A program made the translations under genes and the position numbers. The notes below the pieces were generated by a model, which saw only the letters and a program-made list of their open reading frames with translations, was not told where the DNA came from and ran no database searches. Below, one piece after another: positions 38,801 through 52,000 of a stretch of 64,000 bases of DNA. Every line of letters begins with the position of its first letter. Position 1 is the first letter of the stretch. The stretch comes from Phyllobates terribilis. Lineage: Eukaryota. Location: positions 63,178,001-63,242,000 of the forward strand of contig NW_027362763.1 of NCBI RefSeq assembly GCF_046119375.1, read 5' to 3'.

Positions 38801-39974
38801 ATCGTGGATCATTACTCCCGGTTTCTGGTTGTCGTCCCCGTCAAGGACTTAACGGCTCAAACAGCAGCTAGAGCCTTCCAGCAGCACTTTTGCCGTCCAC
38901 ACGGGTACCCGGACCAAGTGCTGACGGACCAGGGACCTGCCTTTGAAGCGGAGGTCTTCCAGGAATTCTGCAATCTGTATGGCTGCCGGAAGATAAGGAC
39001 GACACCCTACCATCCGCAAACTAATGGACTTTGTGAGAAAAGAACCAGGTGGTAATGGATCTTCTAAAAACGTTGCCCCTGGAAGAACGCAGTCTGTGGC
39101 CTGAGAAGTTGCCCGATCTGGTGGACCTATACAACCACATCCCGGTAGGTTCCACCAACTGTACCCCGGCTTACCTAATGAGGCAAGACCTGGTAAGTTA
39201 CCTGTTGACCTGGAAATGGGAGTCCTGACACCCGAGGACACTTCACCAGAAACAGACTGGGACACAGAGAGGCAGCAGCAGTACCGGAGAGTACAGGAGA
39301 GCGTGGAGCGAAGTCTCTGTCAGGCTAGGGAAAGACAAGAGAAAACTTACAACCAGTATGCTCCCGCTGTTCCCCTGGTACCCGGAGAGCAGGTCTTGAA
39401 GAGGAAGAGACGGCTCCACAAGTTGGACGACCAGTGGGAGAAGGACCCGTACACCGTACTGCCCTGAAGCCACGAGAACCCGAAGGTTTGTACCATCAGT
39501 AAAGACGGAGGGGAAACCACAGCCATTGTATCCCGGGACCACCTGAAGAAGTGTCCCGAACAACTGAGGAACCCTGAAGAGGAACAAGAAGACCATCGAC
39601 CCGTAGAGGAAAGGGAAGATATGGTTAGTACTGTGCTCGGGGACTTCCCTCGGTCTTGGACTCAAGTCAATGGTGCAGTTGTGGTACCCGTACTCACCTT
39701 CCTCCAACCAGCATCCCAAGCACCTACGGAGCAACAGGTAGAGCTGGAAGAACAGCCGGTCCAGGAGGCAGAAGACTCCACACAAGCAGAACAGGAGGAT
39801 CAACCCTCTGCTTATAGTGAGCCTGCCGTACCCCTAGTGAGACAAAGAGCCGGTAGACAGCTGCCCAGTTTACCCTTGACAGCTCCTACACCCTGTAGTT
39901 CAGGGCCAGACAGTCAGCTCCGTAGGTCCACTAGGGCCACTAGAGGCCAGTTACCCGCATGCTGGAGGATTTGA
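35841..39974 (+). pseudogene. pol: Pol polyprotein (protease, RT, RNase H, integrase), disrupted
   Basis: LLDTGSQVT; LDLTSGYWQV, MPFGLCNAPGTFQR, YLDDVIV; YTDASN, VYTDNNPL; H..H..C..C and D,D(35)E integrase core. Stops at 36336, 37434 and 39465; frameshifts near 38290, 39040 and 39183. Confidence 0.96.
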
Positions 39975-40321
39975 AGTGTATAAATTGTTTTATTTATGTT
40001 TATCTGTGTATTGTTGCTTGTGTATAATTTTGTGTTTCCAGTTATTTTTAGGAATCCTTGGTGGATTTACCGGGAATCCTTGTACATAGTTGGAGCGTAA
40101 CCCAGGATGGACTAGAGACTGTTAAGGACTCGGGGTAGGACAGACCCCTACCTGGTTACGTCTCCCTGTTTTGGTGAAATGGACACCTTGCTTTCTTCAA
40201 AGACTGCACCCGGTTACGGACATGCCGTGACCACCTTTATGTGTTTCTTATTGTATTGTTATTGTTATATCTTGTTATGTTTTTCTAAAATGTGTTTAGT
40301 CCCGGAGTACTAAAATTTACT

Positions 40322-40330
40322 AGGGGGGAA
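40322..40330 (+). promoter_or_regulatory. Polypurine tract
   Basis: AGGGGGGAA immediately 5' of the 3' LTR. Confidence 0.85.
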
Positions 40331-41295
40331 TGTGGCACCCCAGGGGTCTGGTTTCCACAGTAATGTAATGTTATGTCTGAGAGCAGGTGGGAGGTCCTTT
40401 GGTCAGGGATCCTGTGCATGCCACACCTCCTGCCCAGTCTTGGGAGGGGAAGAACTTCCCCTATATAAACCTGGGGCTGAAGCAGGGTTAGTAGTCAAGA
40501 AGAGTAGAGACAAGAAACAGCAGAAGCAATACTACTACGAGTCAGGGGCTGGCAGCTGCAGAGCTCGCCCTGAATGAGAAGCTTTCTTACCGGACCCGGC
40601 GTCCGAGGCTGTGGGGACTAACTCTTACCCAGCAGCAGAAGCCGACCGGCAGGGGATTTCAGGTCCTCAGGCCCAGAAACCCGAAGGCACGGTCACACGC
40701 GTGGGACCAGCACCGCCATCGTGGAGCGGAAGCCATTAGAAGGCCCCGAGTCACCGGCCATACGGGTGAGCACCACACGGTACACTCAGGGACGTGGGCT
40801 ACTTATATCCGCTTCTAGCAAGGTAGCCAGAAGAGTACAGTCAGTTTGGGAGGCCTACAACTCCGCCTGGCCAGGGGAGATCCCATCTGCTCAAGGACTG
40901 ACCAGGCCCCGTTCACTAGCAAGTACTCCGGGAGGGTCTATCGTTGTTACCAGTAAAGACCCTGAATTACACCGCACCGTCTCTGAGTGGTTCCTGCTAC
41001 CCCCATCATCCACATCTGCTGCCCTGAGGCCATACCCCTCCCCTTGGGGGTTATACCATCTACGCTGCACCATCCATCCACCGGCCTCAGCGGACTGTCC
41101 TGCAGCGGCAGCTCCATAGCTGCATTCAACGGGTGGCGTAGTCGTCCTACATCTACCGCTGTTACATCGCCGCTCAGTTTGACTCCCTGGGCACGGACCG
41201 GGTCACCGCCACGAGACTACAACCCTCAAGAGATCCGGCTCCGGGTAAGCTCTCGCGTGCGCAACGCAGCGCGACACAGGCCCAGGGGCGCGTCA
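40331..41295 (+). repeat. 3' LTR (965 bp)
   Basis: Direct repeat of 33489-34453. Confidence 0.97.
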
Positions 41296-42296
41296 TTAAC
41301 ATGTTCCGAATCCAGCCTTGTCTGTGACTCCAAGTCCAGGCTGTGTCAGGGAACCCGATCATTGGGGTCGGCAGCTGTGATGCCTGACTGCTACCTGCAG
41401 CTTAAGCCTGACTCCACCGTCAGGAGCCCCAGTGAACACCAGGTAGCCACTTAGCTAGATAAGCCCAGCCCCATGGCACAGTGGGTCCACAGTCTACATG
41501 TGCCACCCGCGAGCCTGACATCACTACAGGACTAGGTGTCTCGTGCCTCCTAGTCCAACACATGCCCCACCACTGATTAACAGCTTTCTGTCAATATACA
41601 GTGTACACACAAAGCTGCCAATCAGTGGTGTGGGTGGGGGTTATTGACAGCTCAGCATTGATATATCACTGGAATAAAGATATCTGTCCCCACATCATGC
41701 TGCTGTCAGATTTCCTTTAAATAATTTTTCAAAAAAATGTTTCAAAATTTTCGACACCACTGCTTTGTGTACAATGGGGACAGGGGAAGCAATCATCTCC
41801 TCATCATCACAGACAGGTTCAAATGAAATGTAATACCTTTGTTATATACCTGGAGGTAGATGATGTCGGATCTGCCATTGATTATAGGTAATGGAGACAG
41901 CACCTCTCACTCCTCACCCTCACAGCACAGTGTCACAGTAATTTCATTGGGTGGATTCTCAGTGCCTGGGGAAAGGCAAGTATTGTACTCCTTAACCTTG
42001 TAATAATTCCCCTTTAATCATTTAGTAAGAGGAATGATGCCACCTTTGAGACATTCCGCTGCAAAAAAAAGTTTATACTTACCATATCTGAGCTACTGAG
42101 TCCTCCTATAATGCTTTTACCCAAAACACAGATCAGCCTGGCAAAGGCAGTGGGTAACTTGGCAATTGCACCAGTGCCTAAAGCAGTAGCTACACTGATA
42201 ATAGCATTATCAGTGTAGCTACCGATATCGAGACTGTGTCAGGACTTTGGTGACATCACTATCATGTGACCAGTCATGTGACTTTTATGTCACCAC

Positions 42297-44580
42297 TAGT
42301 GATGAGCGAGTACTAAAATGCTCGGGTAACGTTAATCGTAATGCTCGGGTCTATGAGAAACTTGAGCATTTTTCTGGCGGACCCGCCCCCGGAGGTCTGG
42401 AGGTGGCCTAAAAATTGGCCAAATCGATGGGAACAGTGCTCAAATGATATGGATTTCCTGGAAAAAAATGTTAAGGAACATTCTTTCCCGGGTAATGACT
42501 TGTATATAAGGCAAAATAAATAATCAAAAACAAAGATGCTCCTTCACACCTTGGGCTATGTTCACACATAGCATTTTTGATGCGGTTTTGCACTTTTGCA
42601 TTGCTTTCAACAGTGAAAAATACGTTCACCAGTAAATGTAATTTTAAGAATTTACTACCTTATCTGGCCATGTGGTGTGTGAGACATGATCAGACACATC
42701 CTGTTTCATTTATGAAGGAGGGACTCTGAAAGTCACAGAGCCTACTTTTACAAGGCCAACAGGTGGCCCTTACTATTGTTAGAGGGTCAGCAGTCGTCCC
42801 TCACTATGGTTAGAGGGCCATCAGCAGGCTATGCTTTGTTGTTCCCATTATTAAGGAGCGGGTCTCCTATACTGTTATTGCGTATGCAGTGACAGCAAGG
42901 TCTTCCAAAAATTAGGACGCATTCCAATGCCCCTTTGAAGAGATGTAGAGGAGGTCCTCATTAAAAAAAATTGTTACCATTGTTAAGGAGTGGGTCTCCT
43001 ATACTGGTAATTCCCATGCACTAAATTCATGGGCTGAAAAACAATTATCCCTGGGGGGTATACATGAACATACTGTATAACATACAGAATGTTAGAGGTA
43101 GGCCTCTAAAAAAAAATTCCTACGGGCATCATAAACACCCTTAAAAAAATTTTGTGGGTGTTGCATCACAGTCACCCTGGTGATATGGTGGTGGAGGATG
43201 AGGAGAAGGAGCAGGACAACAGAAAATAGACAAAATCAAGATTCGTATACCCGTGTCTGGGTGTGAAGAGATGCATGAGAATAGAACCCCCAAAAAAAAC
43301 ACTGGATTTGACTTTGTTCCGCTGCTATCATCTGGTGGTGTTGAGAAGTCTGGCCCAATCCAACCCTTGTTCATTTTAATAAGAGTCAGCCTGTCAGCAT
43401 GTTCAGTTGACAGGCAGATGCAGCTATCAGTTATAATGCCCCCGGCGGCACTAAAAACCCACTCTCACAAACTGCTAGCAGTAGGGCAGGTCAGGACCTC
43501 CAAGGCGTAGAGAGCCAGTTCATGCCACGTACCAGCTTGGATACCCAATAGTTATAAGGCACATAGGAATCACGGAGGACGTTGGTACTGTCAGCAATGT
43601 ACTCTTTCAATATCTTCCAAACTTTTCCCTCCTTGTCAGAGTAAACTGTCCCAGACCTTTGAGTGTGTTCCCCTGCCTCTGCTGCACCTTATTGGTGTCT
43701 CCTTCGCCTGTACTCTTTGGTTCTCCAACGAACTGTGACCTCTGCTGCCAGCGTTTTCACATGGGAATTTTTTTTAATAATTCTTCAACAAGGGCCTTCT
43801 GGTACTGCAATATTATATTAGACTTCTCTGCCACATTAAGGAGAGATAGCAAGTTCTCCTTGTAGCGTAGGTCTAGAAGTGTGACCAACCAGTAATTACT
43901 GTTGCCAAAATGCGTACAACGCGAGGGTCATGGGAAAGGCAGCAGAATATAAAGTCAGACATGTGTGCCTAAGCATATTAGCCTCAGCACAGCCTGTTGC
44001 CACTTGGCCGAGGCAGTGCTACAGTGCTTCCAGCTTCCGACTGATGTGGTCATTTTGGAGATGGAGGCTGAAGAGGAGGAGGAGGTGCAGGAGCTGTAGA
44101 ATGTGGGGGCAACCCTGATTTACACAGGTCCCACAATTCTCAGTGTCGGGAGGACATGTTCTGTCCCAGGGTTCAACTGTGTCCTGGCTTCCACTATATT
44201 AACCCAGTGTGCCGTTAGTGAGATGTGCCGTCTCTGGCCACAAACACTTGTCCACGTGTCCGTGGTTAAGTGGACCTTTCCAGTAACTGCGTTGTTGTGG
44301 GCACTGGTAATGTTCTGGGACACGTGCTTGTGTAAGGCAAGGATGGCACACTGGGAGAAATAGTGGCGGCTGGGGACTGAGTATTAGCGAACATGACTGT
44401 GGCATTACAGTGAGTGGCAGGCAATCCCCGCATGTTAATTCGCTGTCTAAACAGCGCCAAACCTGCTGGGCGGGGACTCGAGCTCCCGCCCGAGCATCCC
44501 GAAAAATCTCACCGAGCATCTCGAACAGTGAAATGCTCAGTTGAGTACCGAGCAGTAGCTAGCACGTTCTCCCATTACTA
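42297..44580 (-). mobile_element. Internally deleted hAT element, 8-bp TSD GTCACCAC
   Basis: GTCACCAC|TAGTGATGAGCG ... CGTTCTCCCATTACTA|GTCACCAC. Transposase remnant GKVHLTTDTWTSVCGQRRHISLTAHWVN (ORF 44120-44323). Confidence 0.92.
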
Positions 44581-44943
44581 GTCACCACACGTCCTGTACT
44601 CTGTAGGAGTCAGAAGAACTGAAAAGGAGATGAACTGGTGATAAGTCCTCTAATGTCTGTCTGTGTCTGCGTGTCTTTGTATCTATGTGTGTTTGTGCGT
44701 TGTGTTGAGTCTAGAATTTATTGGCTCCTGGTGGTATATATTAGTGAAGACATTAGAATGTATGGGCCCCTGGTGGTATATATTAGTGAAGACATCAGAA
44801 TGTACGAGCTCCCTGGTAGGTATATCCAGTATGTGTCTGTATGTATATGCTCTGTGCATGCACGTGTCTGTATGTAATTGCTCTGTATATACCTATGTCT
44901 ATGTATGTGCTCTGTATACATGTTTATGTATTGGGGGAAGGTA

Positions 44944-47196
44944 CAGTACAGACCAAAAGTTTGGACACACCTTCTCATTTAAAGATTTTTCTGTATTTTC
45001 ATGACTATGAAAATTGTACATTCACACTGAAGGCATCAAAACTATGAATTAACACATGTGGAATTATATACTTAACAAAAAAGTGTGAAACAACTGAAAA
45101 TAAGTCTTATATGCTAGGTTCTTCAAAGTAGCCACCTTTTGCTTTGATGACTGCTTTGCACACTCTTGGCATTCTCTTGATGAGCTTCAAGAGGTAGTCA
45201 CCGGAAATGGTCTTCCAACTATCTTGAAGGAGTTCCCAGAGATGCTTAGCACTTGTTGGCCCTTTTCCCTTCACGCTGCGGTCCAGCTCACCCCAAACCA
45301 TCTCGATTGGGTTCAGGTCTGATGACTGTGGAGACCAGGTCATCTGGCGTAGCACCCCATCACTCTCCCTCTTGGTCAAATAGCCCTTACACAGCCTGGA
45401 GGTGTGTTTGGGGTCATTGTCCTGTTGAAAAATAAATGATGGTCCAACTAAACGCAAACCGGATGGAATAGCATGCCACTGCAAGATGCTGTGGTAGCCA
45501 TGCTGGTTCAGTATGCCTTCAATTTTGAATAAATCCCCAACAGTGTCACCTGCAGAGCACCCCCACACCATCACACCTCCTCCTCCATGCTACACGGTGG
45601 GAACCAGGCATGTAGAGTCCATCCGTTCACCTTTTCTGCGTCGCACAAAGACACGGTGGTTGGAACCAAAGATCTCAAATGTGGACTCATCAGACCAAAG
45701 CACAGATTTCCACTGGTCTTATGTCCATTCTTTGTGTTCTGTAGCCCAAACAAGTCTCTTCTGCTTGTTGCCTGTCCTTAGCAGTGGTTTCCTAGCAGCT
45801 ATTTTACCATGAAGACCTGCTGCACAAAGTCTCTTCTTAACAGTTGTTTAAGAGATGTGTTGTCACGCTGTCTCTGTATACTGGAGGTAGGGGGCCTAAG
45901 CTGACCCTAAGCTGGGGCCCTGACTAATCCCTCAACCTGGAGGTACTGTTAAAGGTACAGAGGTCCAGGCCGCCAGCGTAACCCCTACCTCCTGAGGATC
46001 CCTGCACCTAAGTAATCTAGTCCTGAGAAGGACCCCGATCACAACAAAAGGGGACAAGTAATAATATGCCCACACACAGTACTTAGACGAATGAGACAGT
46101 ACAAGGGAAAAACCAAAACCACCTTGCATACAAAAACGACACAACTACAACAGAGGGAACACCAACGGGAAAGGAGATAAATGATAAAGCGAGGAAGGGA
46201 AAAAACTCTCCGAATACACTTATCTCTGAAACTCCAAATACCACGATCCGCTCTGTTAGTCTGCATGAAATGCTTTCACCGACACTTCCCTAACAGACCA
46301 GCAGGCATTTGAAGGAGTCTCACTACAGCAGCATTGATTGCAGCTGGGCGAGGCTGGACCTCATCTAGCACAGAGAGAGAGAGAATTAACTCCCTCACTG
46401 CCGAAAAACACAAAGCACCAAAAAGTCAGCTGCGAGAAGTCAGGCTGTGTAATCGTGACGATCTTCGTGGCGACACACCCGTGACATGTGTCTGCTGCTA
46501 GAACTCTGTGTGGCATTGACCTGGTCTCTAATCTGAGCTGCTGTTAACCTGCGATTTCTGAGGCTGGTGACTCGGATAAACTTATCCTCAGAAGCAGAGG
46601 TGACTCTTGGTCTTCCTTTCCTGGGGCGGTCCTCATGTGAGCCAGTTTCTTTGTAGCGCTTGATGGTTTTTGCAACTGAACTTGGGGACACTTTCAAAGT
46701 TTGCCCAATTTTTCGGACTGACTGACCTTCATTTCTTAAAGTAATGATGGCCACTCGTTTTTCTTTACTTAGCTGCTTTTTTCTTGCCATAATACAAATT
46801 CTAACAGTCTATTCAGTAGGACTGTCAGCTGTGTATCCACCAGACTTCTGCACAACACAACTGATGGTCCCAACTCCATGTATAAGGCAAGAAATCCCAC
46901 TTATTAAACCTAACAGGGCACACCTGTGAAGTGAAAACCATTTCCGGTGACTACCTCTTGAAGCTCATCAAGAGAATACCAAGAGTGTGCAAAGCAGTCA
47001 TCAAAGCAAAAGGTGGCTACTTTGAAGAACCTAGAATATAAGACATATTTTCAGTTGTTTCACACTTTTTTTGTTAAGTATATAATTCCACATGTGTTAA
47101 TTCATAGTTTTGATGCGTTCAGTGTGAATGTACAATTTTCATAGTCATGAAAAAACTTTAAATGAGAACGTGTGTCCAAACTTTTGGTCTGTACTG
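44944..47196 (-). mobile_element. Tc1 family A copy interrupted by a solo LTR, TA TSD
   Basis: TIRs at both ends; transposase pieces 46440-46790, 45571-45753 and 45107-45574. Confidence 0.95.
45861..46486. mobile_element. Solo LTR, 626 bp, 5-bp TSD TGTGT
   Basis: TGTGT|TGTCACGC ... CCGTGACA|TGTGT. Removing it restores GAGATGTGTCTGCTGCTAG seen in the other Tc1-A copies. Confidence 0.92.
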
Positions 47197-47984
47197 TATG
47201 TATCCACCAGGATGCGCATAGAAGCATATTGAACCCGCTGGAGTGCATTACAATCACAGACATAACTGTGGTTGCAGTGGAGAATAAAAGTAAGTTTGGA
47301 CTTGTTCAAGCTATTTGACCAAGGCAGATTTAGTAAAACCTGGCATGGGCTTTTATTCTTGGAGTGGACTACAGGATGGCAGCGGGCGTGGTCCACTCCC
47401 TCCAGCCAGGTCTTACGAGTGGCTCATGTCCACCGTTTTCATTTAAAAACCTGCAGCAAAGGTTTGGGTGTGTCAGTTTGGTGTTTGCTAGCAGCAGAGC
47501 AGGAGGCTCTGCAATACTGGCCTGTGTGACAGGAACACAGAACCCAAGAAGGCAAAACTCTGACACACCTCAGAATGTTACGGCGGTGCCGTCGCCCACG
47601 GCAACGGGTCTGGAAACAGACTATACTTTGATGGCCCGGCTGTGATCCGTAGGATTCCAATTACCGTTACTTTGTGGGTTTCTGGAGAATAAAGACATTT
47701 GATTTTAAATTTTCCTAGGTCACTGCCTCATTACCGCACAGTGTGAACACCACGGCACAACAGTATGTGCTCTATGCATACATACACTGACGAGGAAAAG
47801 GGTAACAATGTTTTGAACGTTTGACTTTCAGACTCCATAGCTCACCATCCACTACTGCTTCGGACATGAGGCTACCATAATTTTGTAGACAATCCTCTTG
47901 TCTATCTCATACATAAATTTGACTTGTAACTATTTTACATATGATTAGTTATGCAGATTCTTGTTATGTCACTGCACTGTTACT

Positions 47985-48345
47985 GTTGTGCTCCTAAAAA
48001 TCTAAATTGAAATTTTTATTATTTTGTTAGTTTTTTGTAAATTCACCTTTGGCTTTCAACATTGCCTGAATCTTCTGGGCACGATCTCAATCAGACTCAA
48101 ACATGTCTCGACTGAAATCTGATCCCAAATCTCTTCTACATGTTCCTAAAGTTGGTGCATACTGGTCGACTCACTTGGGTATGTATACAGTTTTTTCTTC
48201 AACTCTACCCACAAGTGTTTGATTGGATTGAAGTCTGGGGATTGTGGGGGCCAATCCAGCACCTCTACTTCATTGTCGTTGAATCATTTCTTCGCCAATC
48301 TCGACATATGCTTCGGGTGGTTGTCCTGCTGGAACACTGTCGTTG
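47985..48345 (-). mobile_element. Tc1 3' fragment (another family)
   Basis: Minus strand EVLDWPPQSPDFNPIKHLWVELKKKL. Confidence 0.75.
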
Positions 48346-48362
48346 TTTTCATACAGGACATA

Positions 48363-48492
48363 CAAAAGTCAAGCATAATGCCACTTACATATTGTAGTTT
48401 AGGAGCCTTGCTATCCGGACACCACCCCGACGACGCCGTTTCGCCCTGGCTCCTAAACTACAATATGTAAGTGGCATTATGCTTAACTTTTG
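48363..48492. repeat. Fold-back: 45-bp arms (1 mismatch), 40-nt spacer
   Basis: 48363-48407 is the reverse complement of 48448-48492. Confidence 0.92.
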
Positions 48493-49096
48493 ACAAATTT
48501 GCTATTTATTCCTAATAAAATCATATTTTTAACTATTTATTTATGCCTCATTTTAATGGAGACACTATTTGGAGCTCTATTATTTTGTTGATTGATTACT
48601 GCTATAGAGGCTATTCCTTTTGGTGACACTGTGTATTAATTAATATGTAACAACCCGTGGAATAAAGAAGGTGTGGGTCTTGGAATGTGATAAGCCATAA
48701 ATAGGCTGATCCTATAAGAGTTAGTTTGTAATCAATTTTATGATTTTTGTACACTGCTGGTCACCATTATTGGCACCCTTTCATTTTTTTCACAGACTGT
48801 ACAATATCTTCATAAATAAATGGAAATGTACCAAAGTTATATCCTCAGGATTTTTTTTCAGTTAGCGGTCCAAAGTAATACAACAATAAAACATTGTTTT
48901 TAAACTTCCATGTTGCAATTTCAAAGAATTAACAGAATAAACAGAATGTGCAGCAATAAAGGCTCCCCTAATTAATACTTGGTTGCACACCCTTTGGCAT
49001 TGCTGACAGCGTCCAAACGTTTCTTATAGCCATCTATAAGCTTCTTGCACTTCTCAACTGGAATTTTCTCCCACTCTTCCTTTGTAGTTTGTTTAA

Positions 49097-52000
49097 CCAC
49101 TTCGCACCAGAGCCTGTTTTCGTCTTCATGACCGGGCCAATTTTTTCAATTCTGACCACTGTCACTTTATGAAGCAATTACTCTGGAACGCTTCAACGGA
49201 TCCCCCTGATTCTGAGATTGTTTTTTCGTGACATATTGTACTTCATGATAGTGGTAAAATTTCTTCGATATCACTTGCTTTTATTTGTGAAAAAATCGGA
49301 AATTTGGCAAAAATGTTGAAAATTTCACAATTTTCAAACTTTGAATTTTCATGCCCTTTTAAATCAGAGAGATGTGTCACACAAAATAGTTAATAAATAA
49401 CATTTCCCACATGTCTACTTTACATCAGCACAATTTTGGAACCAAAATTTTTTTTGTTAGGAAGCTATAAGGGTTAAAAGTTGACCAGCGATTTCTCATT
49501 TTTCCAACAAAATTTACAAAAACATTTTTTTAGGGACCACATCTTATTTGAAGTGACTTTGAGGGGCCTTTAAGACAGAAAATACCCAAAAGTGACACCA
49601 TTCTAAAAACTGCACCCCTCAAGGTGCTCAAAACCACATTCAAGAAGTTTATTAACCCTTCAGGTGCTTCACAGGAATTTTTGGAATGTGGAAGAAAACA
49701 ATGAACATTTAACTTTTTTTCACAAAAATGTTACTTTAGACCCAATTTTTTTATTTTCATCCCTTAATTTTGCATTATCATAAGGGTAATAGGAGAAATT
49801 GCACATGAAATGTGTTGTGCAATTTCTCCTGAACAGGCTGATACCCCATATGTGGGGGAAAACCACTATTTGGGTACACTGCAGGGTGCGGAAGGGAAGG
49901 AGCGCCATTTGACTTTTTGAATGTAAAATTTGTTTGAATAATTAGCAGACGCCATGTCGCATTTGGGGAGCCGCTAATGTGCCTAAACAGTGGAAACCCC
50001 CCACAAGTGACACCATTTTGGAAACTAGACCCCTTAGGGAACTTATCTAGATGTGTGGTGAGCACCTTGCACCCCCAGGTGCTTCACAGAATTTTATAAT
50101 ATTGAGCCGTAAAAATTAAATTTTCACATTTTTCCCACAAAAAATGTTTTTCATCCCCTAATTTTGCATTATCATAAGGGTAACAGGATAAATTGCACCA
50201 TGAAATTTGTTGTGCAATTTCTCCTGAGTACACCGATACCCCATATGTGGGGGAAAACCACTGCTTTGGTGTACGGCAGGGTTCGGAAGAGAAAGGAGCG
50301 CTATGTTGGCTGGGATAGGTGGCAGACACCATGTCACATTTGAAGAGTCGCTGACATGCCGAAACAGCAGAAACCCCCACAAGTGACCCCATTTTGTAAA
50401 CTACACCTCTCAAGGAATTCATCTAGGGAAGTAGTGAGTATTTTTTAATTTTTAAATTTATATCATTGGGCAGTGAAGAAAATATAATTATATTTTTACC
50501 ACAAAAAAATGTTTTACCCTCAGATTTTACATTTTCACACAGGGCAATGGGTAAAATTGGTGCCGAAATGTGTCACACAATTTCTTCTAAAAGTGGCAAT
50601 ACCCCATATGTGGCTGTATCGTACTGCTCAGCCATACGGCGAGATCTGGGGGGGACGGAGCGCTATTTGACAATTGGAGAACAAATTATTGTAGAATAGG
50701 CATTTGGATTTGGGAGCACAACATTTTCTGAATTTCTTTTGGGGGGCAAGGGCCATTTCGCTTTTCCAGAGCCTTTCTGCTACCAGTAACTTGGAATATT
50801 TTTAACAGATGACGGACCTGAGTGGGGACTAGCTTTTTTTGAGGACGGAGTTGAAGCTTTTTTTGGGAACATTTAATGTAACATTTATCCGGCGCTCTAG
50901 GCTGAGCACTTACATCGGGGTTTCCATCTAAATTTCCAAGTGATGTAATTCAGATGAAACCCCTGAGGGATCTGTAGCACCCTGAGGACTCGGCTGCTAC
51001 AGGGGTATTACGCCTCAAGCCAGAGGTGTGGTATTCCACTCCCGGGTAAGGATGGAGTGTGGAACTGAGCTCAGTTAGCTGCATGCACTACACACATCCC
51101 ATTTCCGGGGAATAGACCGATGGTACTCCCACTAGAGAAATGTGCAGGTACAACAGTGTCTGTTCCTGGCTGGAGTGGGAGGGGGGTGGAACATCCCAGT
51201 AGTGTAGGGGCAGATAGGGGGAGCAGCCTGGGTAAAGCTAGGAGCTCATTGGGTGCTGGTCACCTGAGCTCACACATAGAGGGAGTATATAAGGTGGGCA
51301 CCATCTTAGATCAGGGTCAGTCTGTGAGACGTCAGTCTGTGAGACGTCAGTCGGTTGTCAGTCAGCCAGTCAGACAGTCTGTCTGAGAGCCTGAGAAGCA
51401 GAGCAGAGGAGAAGGAAGAGAGACCCAGAGGCGCAGAGGGGACCCCAAGATCCCAAAATAAGGACAAAAGGGTGAAGGGTCGGCAAAAGGGTACCGGATC
51501 CCAAGCTGGCAGAGGCTACAGCACACCTTAGCCAGGAACCGGAGGTCGTGGGCAGGATCTGCCACGACCACCCACTAAATCCACCCGGAAGGCAAACCAA
51601 GAATAGGGTCAGGGAACCCAGAGACAAGGGTTTACCAACAGGAGGCCCGAGGGAGCCGGACTTAGGTGGATCCCTGGTGGGGAAGGCCGGAGAGGAGGAC
51701 GAGTCAGAAAGGAGCTCAGGACCACACTCCGGAGTTGCCTGGGAGTTGACCGAGTCCAGGACCTGGTGGACGCAGCACGGCTCGGGTGGTCACTGCTGTA
51801 CACAGTGACCCGAGCAACACCAGTAAGTAAAACCCTGGAACTGCATTTTATGCCTCTGAGTCTCTTTGCTGCACCTTCACAACCACCATCCTCCACGGCT
51901 GACCCCCTGAGGCTATACCCCTCCCGTTGGGGGTTATACTACCAAAGCTGCACACATACCAACAGCCTCAGCGGACCCTGCTGCAGCGGCGGCCTTTTGA

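Larger units (their letters stand above)
33489..41295 (+). mobile_element. Full-length Ty3/Gypsy LTR retrotransposon, TTAA TSD, no env
   Basis: TTAA|TGTGGCACCC ... GGCGCGTCA|TTAA, two 965-bp LTRs, PBS, PPT, gag then PR-RT-RH-IN order. Confidence 0.98.

Noticed and set aside
39500-40320. Possible env gene after integrase
   Set aside because: 39621-39974 is in the pol frame (low-complexity integrase tail), and the rest has no ORF, signal peptide or transmembrane segment.
33180-41520. Short LTR-like host around the Gypsy insertion, ending GAGCCTGACA at 41520
   Set aside because: Left boundary and TSD could not be located, so it was not called.
47200-47700. LTR-like segment with AATAAA near 47688
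   Set aside because: No TG...CA boundaries or TSD could be defined.
48408-48447. Possible third hammerhead (GAAAC...GTC on minus strand)
   Set aside because: No upstream CTGANGA box or stem II partner; at most half a motif.
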